Source: an uncultured Clostridia bacterium (GTDB lineage Bacteria; Bacillota; Clostridia; TANB77; CAG-508). From it: DNA of 45,232 bases. A model generated the notes under the pieces. The model was not told the origin of the DNA, ran no database searches, and was given only the letters and a program-made list of their open reading frames with translations. Positions 9,392 through 19,632 of this stretch are shown in pieces. The DNA is taken from assembly GCA_947625295.1 (NCBI GenBank), contig CANQNU010000004.1:1-45232 (forward strand), in the 5' to 3' direction. Numbering within the stretch: the stretch's first letter is position 1; each line of letters begins with the position of its first letter. The translations under genes were made by a program, and so were the position numbers.

Positions 9392-11125
9392 ATGAAAGAA
9401 AATTTAAATATAGCTCAACAATTAAGACAAAAATATCACAAAACTGAAGAAGTTACCAATTTTAAACAAATGCTATATCGTTCAGCAGATATTTATCGTT
9501 CTAGAACTGCTTTTAAAAAGAAAGATAATAATGGTAATATCATTAGAATTACTTATGAAGAATTCAAAAATGATATTGTTTGTCTTGGGACAAGCTTAAT
9601 AAAAAGAGGATTTTTAAATAAAAAAATAGCTGTTATTGGTAAAAATAGTTATGAATGGTGTGTGTCTTACATGGCAGCAAGTATTGTTGGTATTGTTGTA
9701 CCTATTGACAAAGAGTTACATACAGATGATGTTATTAATTTTATGAACATTTCTGAAACTTCTTGTATTTTAGGTGATGATAAAAATTTAAGTGAAATTT
9801 TACAACAAATTAATCAGTTAAATAATAAAGATACATTTTTTATTTTCTTTGAATCTAAATCAAATAAAAATAACTTTTCTGACATTAAGTTAGAAGGAAA
9901 GAAATTATATAATGAAGGTTTTACAGATTTTGATAAAATTGAAATAAATCCTGATGAACTACGAATTTTGTTATTCACTTCTGGAACAACTGGAAATGCA
10001 AAAGGAGTTTGCTTGTCTCAAAGAAATATCTGCTCTAATATTTTATCAACTTATGGAATTGTAAAAGTAAAAAGAAGTGATTTATTCTTTTCTATCTTAC
10101 CTTTACATCATACTTATGAATGCACTTTAGGTTTTTTACTTCCTATATATAGTGGTGCAAGCATTGCTCATTGTGAGGGTTTAAGATATATTGCAAAAAA
10201 TATGGCAGAGTTTCATCCTTCTGTTATTTTGTGTGTTCCATTATTATTAGAAAAATTACACAAAAATATTGTAAAAAATATGAATCAATCTTTACCTAAT
10301 AAATATAAAAAAGAAAATGAAAATCCTTTTTCTTCTTTACCTTTCTTCATGAAGAAAATCGTAAAAACAAAGGTCAAAAATACACTTGGAGGTAGACTTC
10401 GCGTATTTATTGTTGGTGCTGCAGCAGCCAACCCAAATATTGTTGCCGATTTTAGAGATTTAAACTTAAATACATTACAAGGATATGGTCTAACAGAATG
10501 TTCTCCTCTAGTTGCTGGTAATACAGACTTTTTCCAAAAAGATGATGCAGCAGGGCTTCCTATTCCTAATGTAGAATATAAAATTAATAATCCAAATGAA
10601 GAAGGCGTTGGAGAAATTATTGTCAAAGGTCCTAATGTTATGCTTGGCTATTATAAAAATGAAGAAGAAACAAATAAATCTTTAAAAGATGGCTGGTTTT
10701 ATACTGGTGACTTAGGAAAAATTGATGAAAATGGTTATTTATATATAACTGGAAGATGCAAAAGCGTAATAGTAACAAAAAATGGAAAAAATATTTATCC
10801 TGAAGAAGTTGAATACCATTTAAATGATAATCCTTTGATATCTGAATCTCTAGTTATGGGAATTCAAAAAGAAAATGATGATGAGACTTACATTAATGCT
10901 CAAATTTATCCTAATATAGAAGCAATTACAGAATATTTAAAAGGTAGTGTTCCAACAAAAGAAGAAATATGGAAAATTATTTCTGATGCTGTAAGTAGTG
11001 TTAATAAAAAACTACCAAATTATAAACATATTAAAGGATTTATAATTCGTGATAAAGAATTTGAAAAGACAACTACTCAAAAAGTAAAACGATATGGTAA
11101 CAATATGAAAATCGATAAAAAATAA
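9392..11125 (+). CDS. Long-chain fatty acid-CoA ligase (AMP-binding)
   Basis: 'FTSGTTGNAKG', 'GYGLTE', 'GWFYTGDLG', 'GKNIYPEEVE'. Confidence 0.92.
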   Translation: MKENLNIAQQLRQKYHKTEEVTNFKQMLYRSADIYRSRTAFKKKDNNGNIIRITYEEFKNDIVCLGTSLIKRGFLNKKIAVIGKNSYEWCVSYMAASIVGIVVPIDKELHTDDVINFMNISETSCILGDDKNLSEILQQINQLNNKDTFFIFFESKSNKNNFSDIKLEGKKLYNEGFTDFDKIEINPDELRILLFTSGTTGNAKGVCLSQRNICSNILSTYGIVKVKRSDLFFSILPLHHTYECTLGFLLPIYSGASIAHCEGLRYIAKNMAEFHPSVILCVPLLLEKLHKNIVKNMNQSLPNKYKKENENPFSSLPFFMKKIVKTKVKNTLGGRLRVFIVGAAAANPNIVADFRDLNLNTLQGYGLTECSPLVAGNTDFFQKDDAAGLPIPNVEYKINNPNEEGVGEIIVKGPNVMLGYYKNEEETNKSLKDGWFYTGDLGKIDENGYLYITGRCKSVIVTKNGKNIYPEEVEYHLNDNPLISESLVMGIQKENDDETYINAQIYPNIEAITEYLKGSVPTKEEIWKIISDAVSSVNKKLPNYKHIKGFIIRDKEFEKTTTQKVKRYGNNMKIDKK

Positions 11126-11129
11126 AAAT

Positions 11130-11162
11130 AGTCTGTGTAAAATATATAATTTTACACAGGCT
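11130..11162. terminator. Bidirectional terminator between convergent genes
   Basis: AGTCTGTGTAAAAT/ATTTTACACAGGCT with A and T tails. Confidence 0.75.
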
Positions 11163-11208
11163 TTTTATTTTTTTTTATATAATAGAAAATTTCGGTTACA
11201 AATTAATT

Positions 11209-11562
11209 TTATTTTACTTGTCTAGTTTCTGACCATCTTAACATTTTAATATCTTTATATTTATTTAATACTTCTTTATATTTATCATATTCTTCTTCCC
11301 ATAATGTATCTGGCACCTTATCAAATGCTGTAAATATTTTTTCTGCTTCTGATAAATAAATTATTTGCTCTTGTGGTGACATATTTTCATATTGTTTAGC
11401 AAATTTATACAATTTGTCTAACATTTGGTTTGCATCAATAAATGACCAAAAATCTTTTACTTTCATTCCGAATAGCTTAATTTGTAAAATTGCATATGCT
11501 ATTAATGCAAATATAACAAATACTAGTATATATATAATTGTTAATATTGTCATTATTTTCAC
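11209..11562 (-). CDS. Hypothetical protein with N-terminal TM helix
   Basis: 117-aa ORF; GAGGTG may instead be the RBS for ATG 11553. Confidence 0.7.
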   Translation of the reverse strand: MKIMTILTIIYILVFVIFALIAYAILQIKLFGMKVKDFWSFIDANQMLDKLYKFAKQYENMSPQEQIIYLSEAEKIFTAFDKVPDTLWEEEYDKYKEVLNKYKDIKMLRWSETRQVK

Positions 11563-11764
11563 CTCGTTTTTACCTTTGTACTTGTTTATTATACCATATT
11601 AGACATTTTTTGGCAATATTATTTTGCTTTAAAATTAATATAAATGATTAATGCTATTTGCTACCTACTAGATGATAATGTTTTTATATTTTTAATTTTT
11701 AGTATTATATTTCTAATTTTTATGTTATAATCATAAAATATACAAATAAATAACAAAGGAGATT

Positions 11765-12637
11765 ATGATGGAAGAAAAATTTGAAATCACTAAAAGAGCT
11801 GGTATATATGGAATAATAGGAAATATTTTTCTATTAATTATAAAAGCAATAGTAGGATTTGTAAGTAAAAGTCAAGCAATGATAGCAGATAGTTTTAATA
11901 GTGCAGGAGATATTTTCGCTTCTTTAATGACTTTTATTGGAAATAGAATTGCAAGCACACCAAATGATGAAGATCATAATTTAGGACATGGAAAAGCTGA
12001 ATATATTTTTTCTATGTTTATTAGTATTTCTATGATATTAGTTTCTGCAAAATTATTATATGATTCTGTTATAACTCTTATTTTAGGAAATAGATTACAA
12101 TTTTCTTGGTTTCTAGTAATTGTTTGTATATCAACAATTTTCATAAAACTAGGATTATATATTTACACTAAGATTGCATTTAAAAAATATCATAATATTT
12201 TATTAGAAGCTAATATGAAGGATCATAGAAATGATTGCATAGTTACTTCTTTCACATTAATTTCTATCTTACTTACCCTACTTGGAATTTATTGGTTTGA
12301 TAGTATCGTTGGAATTGGTATTTCTATATGGATTTGTTATACTGGTATTACTATTTTTATAGAAAGTTACAATGTATTAATGGATATTAGTGTAGATGAC
12401 AAAACTAAAAAGCTAATTTTAGATATTTGCCATACTTACGAAGAAATAAAAAATGTAGGTGATATTATCTCTACCCCTGTTGGTGCCCAATATCTTGTAT
12501 TTATTACAATTTTTTTAGATGGTAATCTTTCTACTTTTGATAGTCATAAATTAGCTGATAATTTAGAAAAAGATGTTAGCAAATTAGATAAAATTTATAA
12601 AACTATAGTTCATGTTGAACCTATTACTATTGAATAA
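11765..12637 (+). CDS. Cation diffusion facilitator (FieF-like) transporter
   Basis: 'SQAMIADS', 'GHGKAE', 'DHRND', 'VHVEP'. Confidence 0.93.
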   Translation: MMEEKFEITKRAGIYGIIGNIFLLIIKAIVGFVSKSQAMIADSFNSAGDIFASLMTFIGNRIASTPNDEDHNLGHGKAEYIFSMFISISMILVSAKLLYDSVITLILGNRLQFSWFLVIVCISTIFIKLGLYIYTKIAFKKYHNILLEANMKDHRNDCIVTSFTLISILLTLLGIYWFDSIVGIGISIWICYTGITIFIESYNVLMDISVDDKTKKLILDICHTYEEIKNVGDIISTPVGAQYLVFITIFLDGNLSTFDSHKLADNLEKDVSKLDKIYKTIVHVEPITIE

Positions 12638-12673
12638 TAACAAATCTAACATACGTTTTTAAATATAAGACAA

Positions 12674-12711
12674 ACCCAAATTATTAAACTTTTTTGCCTA
12701 ATAATTTGGGT
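12674..12711. terminator. Inverted repeat between convergent genes
   Basis: ACCCAAATTATTA/TAATAATTTGGGT. Confidence 0.6.
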
Positions 12712-12736
12712 AACTTAAATATATAATTTCGTTAGT

Positions 12737-13975
12737 TTACCTATTAGTTCTTGCACTATTAAAATCATCATCAAAGTCATCAGTAATTTTATCTATTATT
12801 TCTTCTAAGGATTTTTTAGGTTCTTCATGTATTTTGCTCGTCAATATTTCTTTTGCTTTTTGTTCATCTGGTATTCCATTATCTTTATAAAATCCCCACT
12901 TTGTTGCCAATTTTTTAAAATCTATATTTTCCAAATGCTGATGGGATGTTGTTTGCAAGTTTCCATCAATATCTTTTTCTGTCATTTTATCGCAATCAGG
13001 ATTTTGTTTTTGATGTTCTTCTGCTTCATCAATATTTCTATCTACAACATATTCTCCGTTTGATTCATATTCTCCTAATACAGCTCTTGTTTGTGTATCT
13101 GTTGTATAAATAGAATTACTATCTCTTACTTGTACACCCATTGTTTCATTTCCACTATATTCTTCTTGTCCTATGTTTAGTTGTATTCTTCCCATTTCTT
13201 TATTATCAATTTGTAAAACTTTACTTCCTATTTCGTATTCACTTAAAATTGCATCTTTTTCTACGTTTCCATCTTTATTAACTTGATATTTTAATTTTGT
13301 TGGATTACTTCCAGAAGCATCTCTTTGTTTTAAATTTGGAATATATTTTTGCAATGGCTCTATATTACCATCTTTATCTATAATAGCTAAAGAATATCTT
13401 GTTGAATTTCTTTCATAGCTTTGTCCTTTATCATCCTTCATATTTCCCATTTGAGAAGATTCTATTACAGCAAGTTTAGTAAATTCTTGAGGAATATTTG
13501 CTCCTAACCATTGTCTTATATTTTTTATATCATTTGCTCTTTCGTCTAAATTAATTTCTTGTTTTACCATTATATCTCTTGTCGTTGTTTTTTCTGTATT
13601 TAAATCAGATTGTTGGCTATTTTCCATACTATTTTTTCTTTCTTCTTTATTTGTATTGTTTTCATGTTTTTTTTCTAAATCTATTATTGTAATATCTCTT
13701 ATTCCAGTTAATTCTCTTTCCCTTGCATATTCTAATATCTTTTTATTTTGTTCTGCTTCTTTCTGTATTTCTTCCTTTGATATAGAATTAATTCCATCTT
13801 TTATTTGTGCACTCAATTCATTTTCTATTGTATTCTGCATAAACAAAATATGGTCTTCCATTGTTTTAGGATCATATACTCCTATTCTTATGTTTCCCAC
13901 ATAATATTGATAAATATCTCCTTGTTTTACTACTATTAGTTTTAATTTTTTTCCATTTTCTAATGTAATATCCAT
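12737..13975 (-). CDS. Hypothetical hydrophilic protein (412 aa)
   Basis: Long ORF with AGAAAGGA RBS; no motif recognised. Confidence 0.75.
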   Translation of the reverse strand: MDITLENGKKLKLIVVKQGDIYQYYVGNIRIGVYDPKTMEDHILFMQNTIENELSAQIKDGINSISKEEIQKEAEQNKKILEYARERELTGIRDITIIDLEKKHENNTNKEERKNSMENSQQSDLNTEKTTTRDIMVKQEINLDERANDIKNIRQWLGANIPQEFTKLAVIESSQMGNMKDDKGQSYERNSTRYSLAIIDKDGNIEPLQKYIPNLKQRDASGSNPTKLKYQVNKDGNVEKDAILSEYEIGSKVLQIDNKEMGRIQLNIGQEEYSGNETMGVQVRDSNSIYTTDTQTRAVLGEYESNGEYVVDRNIDEAEEHQKQNPDCDKMTEKDIDGNLQTTSHQHLENIDFKKLATKWGFYKDNGIPDEQKAKEILTSKIHEEPKKSLEEIIDKITDDFDDDFNSARTNR

Positions 13976-14038
13976 TATTAATTAAATTCCTTTCTAAAAG
14001 TATAATTTAGTTAATTCCCTAACTATATTAGTATTCTT

Positions 14039-15406
14039 TTATTTAAAAATTTTAGCTATCAAATCATAATTACTTACTTTTATTATTTCACATTTTTGAA
14101 TAGTATTCAATACTTTTTTATCTGATTTTTCATTATTTGTTATGTATACTAATCCATCAATATCTGGCACATCTTGCATTGTTCTTCCTATTAAATATTT
14201 TTTATCAAAAGACATTTGCTCTATTAAAACTTCACATTTACTTCCTATTTTATCTTGTAATTTATTTTTTGAAATTTTTTGTTGTTCTTCCATAATCTTA
14301 CGATATCTTGCTTTTTTTGTGTTTCCATGAATTTGCTTTGGAAGCTTAGCAGCTGGTGTTCCATCTTCTTTTGAATACATAAATACACCTAATTTATCGA
14401 ATTGAGTTTTTTGTACAAAATTTAGTAGTTCATCAAAATTTTCTTTTGTTTCTCCTGGAAATCCAACTATTAAACTAGTTCTTAATGTTACATTTGGTAT
14501 TTGCTTTCTTATTTTTTGTATTAGTTCTTCAATTTTTGCCTTATTCGTTCTTCTATTCATTTTCTTTAAAATAGAATCTGAAATATGTTGAATTGGTATA
14601 TCAAAATATTTTGCAATTTTATTGTTGTTTGCAACTACTTCTATTAATTCGTCTGTAATACCTTCTGGATAAGAATATAAAAATCTAATCCATTTAACAT
14701 CTTTTATTTTACTTAATTCTTGCAATAATTCTGCTAATTTGCTTTCTCCATAAATGTCTATTCCATATTTTGTAGTGTCTTGAGCTATAACAATTAATTC
14801 CTTAATTCCTTTTTTGGCAAGCATTTTTGCTTCTTCTATGATTTCTTCTTTTTTTCTGCTAACAAATGGACCTCTAATGTATGGAATTGCACAATAAGTA
14901 CATTTATTACTACATCCTTCGCCTATTTTTAAATAAGCATAATTTTTTCCTGTTGTGATTGTTCTATTCAAAAATTCTTCTTGTAAAAACATTGGCATTT
15001 GTGATATTTCGGATATTTTCTTATTTGTTTTATTTATTGATTTTTGTGTAATATTTCTTTTTATTAAATTATCTATTTTTTCCCATAAATAATCGTATTC
15101 ATCAATTTTAATGAACAAATCTACTTCTGGTAATAATTTTGTTAGTTCTTCATAATATCTTTGGACTAAACATCCCATTACAATTAAATATTTACATCTT
15201 TTTTTCTTATATTCCGCCATTTCTAAAATTGTATTAATTGCTTCTTCTTTAGCAGAATCAATAAATCCACAAGTATTAATTACAATTATATCTGCTTGTT
15301 TTTCATCATTTATAATTGTGTAATTGTTTTTTTTGAATATTCCTATTGTATTTTCAGTATCTATTAAATTTTTACTACAACCAAGTGATACAAATCCTAC
15401 ATTCAT
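14039..15406 (-). CDS. rimO: Ribosomal protein S12 methylthiotransferase RimO
   Basis: 'SLGCSKNLID', 'NTCGFI', CxxxCxxC 'GCSNKCTYCAIP', TRAM 'PDIDG'. Confidence 0.95.
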   Translation of the reverse strand: MNVGFVSLGCSKNLIDTENTIGIFKKNNYTIINDEKQADIIVINTCGFIDSAKEEAINTILEMAEYKKKRCKYLIVMGCLVQRYYEELTKLLPEVDLFIKIDEYDYLWEKIDNLIKRNITQKSINKTNKKISEISQMPMFLQEEFLNRTITTGKNYAYLKIGEGCSNKCTYCAIPYIRGPFVSRKKEEIIEEAKMLAKKGIKELIVIAQDTTKYGIDIYGESKLAELLQELSKIKDVKWIRFLYSYPEGITDELIEVVANNNKIAKYFDIPIQHISDSILKKMNRRTNKAKIEELIQKIRKQIPNVTLRTSLIVGFPGETKENFDELLNFVQKTQFDKLGVFMYSKEDGTPAAKLPKQIHGNTKKARYRKIMEEQQKISKNKLQDKIGSKCEVLIEQMSFDKKYLIGRTMQDVPDIDGLVYITNNEKSDKKVLNTIQKCEIIKVSNYDLIAKIFK

Positions 15407-15424
15407 TTCTATTCCTTCCCATTA

Positions 15425-16609
15425 TTAATCTATGTGACTACATATATGTTTTCTTGTTAATTCCATTAAATCTAATTTTGTAAATCCTTCAACTTGAGTT
15501 TTACTTCTATCTTTTTTTAGTTCTTCTTTTAGTATTTTTTCAATTTTATTTTTGTTTTCTTGATTTTTCATATCAATATAATCAATTATTATAATTCCGC
15601 CAATATCTCTTAACCTCAATTGTTTTGCAATTTCTATGGTAGCTTCTTTATTTACTTTAAATACGGTATCTTCTAAATCATATTTTCCTGTATATTTTCC
15701 TGTATTTACATCAATTGCAGTTAATGCTTCTGTTTTATCAATAGTAATAAATCCTCCACATTTTAACCATACTTTTCTATTTTCTATTTTTTCAATTTGT
15801 TTTTCTATGTTGTATATATTTAGTATATTTTGTTTTTCTTTTAATTCTATTTTTATATTTTTATATTCTTTATTTTCATTTTGTAGTTTCGTTAAATATT
15901 GATATTCTTCTTTGTTATTTAATGTTATTTTACTAATGTCCTTGTCTGCTAAATCTATTAAGATTTTTTCCACAATATCTTCACTTTGATATAATAATTT
16001 TGCTTTCTTTGAATTTGGAGAAACACTAGTTTTAATAATTTTATTCCATTTATTTTCTATATTTTTAATATCTTGAATTATTTCTTCTTCTTTTCCTTCT
16101 GCTGAAGTTCTAATAATTGCTCCATTTCCTTTACTTAAATTTGCTTTTACAAGGCTTAATAGTCTTTTTTGTTCTTTTTCATCTTCTATTTTCTGTGACA
16201 CTGTAATAATATCTGTATTTGGCATAAATACAATATATTTACTTGGTAAGTTAATATGAGTTGATACTCTTGCTCCCTTTTTTTCATTACTATCTTTTTT
16301 TACTTGTACTAATATCTTTTGTCCTGGTTCTATTATTTTAGAAATATCTATTGTTTCATCATATTTTTCTTTTCTTTCATCTATTTTTGGTAAAATATCT
16401 TTTAAATGAATAAAACTATTTTTTTCTGTTCCTATATCTACAAATGCAGATTGCATTCCTTTAATAATGTCCTTAATAATTCCAATATAGATATTTCCTT
16501 CTTTTCTTTTCATTAAATCATCTTCTTGGTAATATTCCATTACTTTTTCATTTTCTACTAATATTATTTTTCTTAATTTTTCATCTGTTTGTATAAATAA
16601 TTCTGCCAT
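15425..16609 (-). CDS. rng: Rne/Rng family ribonuclease
   Basis: S1 'GNIYIG...AFVDIG'; 'AIDVNTG'; 'QLRLRDIGGIIIIDYIDM'. Confidence 0.92.
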   Translation of the reverse strand: MAELFIQTDEKLRKIILVENEKVMEYYQEDDLMKRKEGNIYIGIIKDIIKGMQSAFVDIGTEKNSFIHLKDILPKIDERKEKYDETIDISKIIEPGQKILVQVKKDSNEKKGARVSTHINLPSKYIVFMPNTDIITVSQKIEDEKEQKRLLSLVKANLSKGNGAIIRTSAEGKEEEIIQDIKNIENKWNKIIKTSVSPNSKKAKLLYQSEDIVEKILIDLADKDISKITLNNKEEYQYLTKLQNENKEYKNIKIELKEKQNILNIYNIEKQIEKIENRKVWLKCGGFITIDKTEALTAIDVNTGKYTGKYDLEDTVFKVNKEATIEIAKQLRLRDIGGIIIIDYIDMKNQENKNKIEKILKEELKKDRSKTQVEGFTKLDLMELTRKHICSHID

Positions 16610-16705
16610 TTTTACCTTCCTTTGGTTATCTGTTTGAGTATTAACGAATTACAGATAACTTATTTTAATTTTCGTTATGGAGTTTCTAATTCCTACTCTT
16701 ATATT

Positions 16706-17263
16706 TTAATTATATTTGTTCATTGCAATGTCTACACCGTTTTTTATAATCTCGATTATAGCATCTTTTGCAAGTGTTGTGCCTTTGTCTAATTTTTCTA
16801 TATCTTCTTCTGGTATTGCACCTATTACATAATTTATTAAATCATCTTTATATTTTGGAGAACCAATACCAACTCTTATTCTTGTAAATTCTTGTGTTTT
16901 TAAATGTTCTACTACTGATTTCATCCCATTGTGGGTTCCTGGTCCACCTTTTTTTCTGATTTTTATAATTTCTGGTTCAATATCAATGTCATCATAAATA
17001 ATAATGATATCTTTTACCTCTATTTTATAAAAGTCTATAATCTCTCTAATAGCTTCACCACTTAAGTTCATATAGGTTTGTGGCTTTAATAAGATTACTT
17101 TTTCCCCTTCTATATTACCTGTTCCATATAAGCCTTTGAATCTTTTCTTATTAATTTCTATATTATATTGTTTTGCTAATTTATTAATAACATTAAATCC
17201 CATGTTGTGTCTAGTGTTACTGTAGTCTTCTTCTGGATTTCCTAATCCTACAATTAAATACAT
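16706..17263 (-). CDS. pth: Peptidyl-tRNA hydrolase
   Basis: 'LIVGLGNP', 'TRHNMG', 'KPQTYMNLSG', 'HNG'. Confidence 0.97.
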   Translation of the reverse strand: MYLIVGLGNPEEDYSNTRHNMGFNVINKLAKQYNIEINKKRFKGLYGTGNIEGEKVILLKPQTYMNLSGEAIREIIDFYKIEVKDIIIIYDDIDIEPEIIKIRKKGGPGTHNGMKSVVEHLKTQEFTRIRVGIGSPKYKDDLINYVIGAIPEEDIEKLDKGTTLAKDAIIEIIKNGVDIAMNKYN

Positions 17264-17398
17264 GTTTTTTCTCCTTTTGTTTTAAACTATTATTTATTTT
17301 ACCTTGTTTTTGGCTTTTTTTCAAGTATTTTTATTCTTGATTTTGAAATTTTATTGAAATAGTATCTTTCAATTGGCTGTAATTAATAACATTAAAAA

Positions 17399-17420
17399 AA
17401 TCCTATATTTCTATAGGATT
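17399..17420 (-). terminator. spoVG terminator
   Basis: AATCCTATA/TATAGGATT with poly-A/T flanks. Confidence 0.6.
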
Positions 17421-17433
17421 CTTTTTTTATTTA

Positions 17434-17706
17434 TTATTCTGCTGATTCTTCTGCTTCAGGAGCTTCATAAGCTTCTAATATAGCTTTTTGAATTTTTTCT
17501 CTAGTTTCAGCATTGATTGGATGAGCTATATCTCTGAATTCTCCGTTTGGAGTTTTTCTGCTTGGCATAGCTATAAATAATCCATTTTGGCTTTCGATAA
17601 CTTTAATATCATGAACTGCGAATTCGTTATCGAATGTTACAGAAGCAACAGCTTTCATTCTGTTCTCTGAATTTACTTTTCTTAAACGTACATCTGTTAT
17701 TTGCAT
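17434..17706 (-). CDS. spoVG: Septation regulator SpoVG
   Basis: 'MQITDVRLR', '[10 protein letters not shown]', 'FRDIAHPIN'. Confidence 0.97.
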   Translation of the reverse strand: MQITDVRLRKVNSENRMKAVASVTFDNEFAVHDIKVIESQNGLFIAMPSRKTPNGEFRDIAHPINAETREKIQKAILEAYEAPEAEESAE

Positions 17707-17991
17707 TGTAGTGCACCGCCTTCCTTAAGTTTTAATTTTATTTTGTACATATTAGTTTAATCTTATGTACAATTATATTATTCTTCACAAAAAAAGTTTT
17801 TCCTTCTTTTTTTTACAAAAAAAATTAAATTTTATAAAATATTTTTTTATTGCTGAAATAATTGTTGTAACATTTTACTTTTTTGGATATATTATATATT
17901 GTGATAACCTTAAAACTTTATTATAAAGTATTGAAATTTAAACTATAAAATTATATAATCTACATATTAAATAGAGGAGTGTGTTAATTAA

Positions 17992-19380
17992 ATGCCAAAT
18001 ATAGAAAATATAAAAAAATATAAAAATATACATATGATTGGAATTGGTGGAGTCAGTATGAGCGGAATTGCTGCAATTTTAAGTAACTGGGGATTTACAA
18101 TTACTGGTTCTGATTGGGCTAAATTTGAAAATGCTGAAAAATTAAGTCAAATGGGAATAAAAGTTACAATTGGACATAATTTAGAAGACGTTGCAAATGC
18201 TGATGTTGTTATTTATTCTGCTGCAATAAAAAGCGATGACCCAGAAATGTTAGAAGCAAAAAAACTAAATATACCAACAATCGAAAGAGCTGATTTCTTA
18301 GGTGAAATAACAAGATGTTTTAATGATACAATCTGTATTTCAGGAACACATGGTAAAACAACAACTACTTCTATGATATCTCTTTGCTTTATTGAAGCTT
18401 TAAAAGATCCAAGTATCCAAGTTGGAGCATTTTTAAAACAAATTGATGGGAACTATAAAGTTGGAAATAGTGAACATTTTATAATAGAAGCTTGTGAATA
18501 TGTAGAAAGTTTCTTAAAATTTAGTCCAAAAGCAGAGATTATCTTAAACATTGATAATGATCATTTAGATTATTTTAAAACCTTTGATAATATAAAAAAC
18601 GCTTTCATTAAATATGTAAAACTACTTTCATCTAGTGGCTTACTAATTGTTAATGGAGATGATACAAATTGCTTAGAATTACCAAAATATACAGATGCAA
18701 AAGCAATTACTTATGGAATTACTAATAAACACACTAATTTCTTTGCTGTTAATATTGTATTTGATAATGATGGTTTTCCTGAATTTGATGTTTATCATAA
18801 TGATGAATTTTTTGATAGAATTAAACTATCTGTACCAGGAATGCATAATGTTCTAAATGCTCTATCATGTATTGCATTATGTACAGAATATGGAATTGAC
18901 AAAGCCTCTATTAAATCTGCATTATTAAAGTTTACAGGTGCACATAGAAGATTTGAATTTAAAGGAAAAATAAAAAATATAGCTAGTGTCTATGATGATT
19001 ATGGACATCATCCAACTGAAATTATTGCAACAGCAAAATCATTAATGAATAAAAAATATAATAAATCTTGGGTTGTTTTTCAACCACACACATATAGTAG
19101 GACAAAAACTTTATTAGAAGACTTTGCAAAAGCATTACTTAATTTTGACAATATAATAGTTTTAGATATATATGCTGCAAGAGAAAAAAACACTTATAAT
19201 ATTAGTTCTAAAGATTTAGTAGATAAAATTATTTCACTTGGAAAAGATGCAAAATATTTACCAAATTTTGAAGAATGTGTATCTTATATAGAAGAAAATA
19301 TTAAAGAAAATGATATTGTTCTTACTCTAGGAGCAGGAACTGTCACTGAAATTGGACCTATGTTGTGTCAAAATGAATAG
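17992..19380 (+). CDS. murC: UDP-N-acetylmuramate--L-alanine ligase
   Basis: 'IGIGGVSMSG', 'GTHGKTTT', 'DDYGHHPTEI', 'FQPHTYSRT'. Confidence 0.97.
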   Translation: MPNIENIKKYKNIHMIGIGGVSMSGIAAILSNWGFTITGSDWAKFENAEKLSQMGIKVTIGHNLEDVANADVVIYSAAIKSDDPEMLEAKKLNIPTIERADFLGEITRCFNDTICISGTHGKTTTTSMISLCFIEALKDPSIQVGAFLKQIDGNYKVGNSEHFIIEACEYVESFLKFSPKAEIILNIDNDHLDYFKTFDNIKNAFIKYVKLLSSSGLLIVNGDDTNCLELPKYTDAKAITYGITNKHTNFFAVNIVFDNDGFPEFDVYHNDEFFDRIKLSVPGMHNVLNALSCIALCTEYGIDKASIKSALLKFTGAHRRFEFKGKIKNIASVYDDYGHHPTEIIATAKSLMNKKYNKSWVVFQPHTYSRTKTLLEDFAKALLNFDNIIVLDIYAAREKNTYNISSKDLVDKIISLGKDAKYLPNFEECVSYIEENIKENDIVLTLGAGTVTEIGPMLCQNE

Positions 19381-19424
19381 GTCTTTTTGACGTTTATTTA
19401 TAAAATATATTTTATTCAATTATA

Positions 19425-19588
19425 AAAAAATAAATCTATTTAATTATGAATGCAAGTGGAATTATATTACAAATTATTTAATTAACAAATGGGAGAATCT
19501 CAAACTTGCTTTGAGAGAGGCCTATTTGTTAATTTTATAATTTGTTTATAATGTAGCGTAGCCGAATAATTAAATAGATTTATTTTTT
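19425..19588. repeat. Long imperfect palindromic element (MITE/REP-like or structured RNA)
   Basis: Perfect 23-bp arms at 19425-19447 and 19566-19588, plus several nested inner stems. Confidence 0.7.
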
Positions 19589-19603
19589 ATTGTATATAAT
19601 AGT

Positions 19604-19632
19604 GTGTCAAAAAGATTCGTTCATTTTGACAC
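19604..19632. terminator. Hairpin at the clpX 3' end
   Basis: GTGTCAAAA/TTTTGACAC. Confidence 0.45.
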
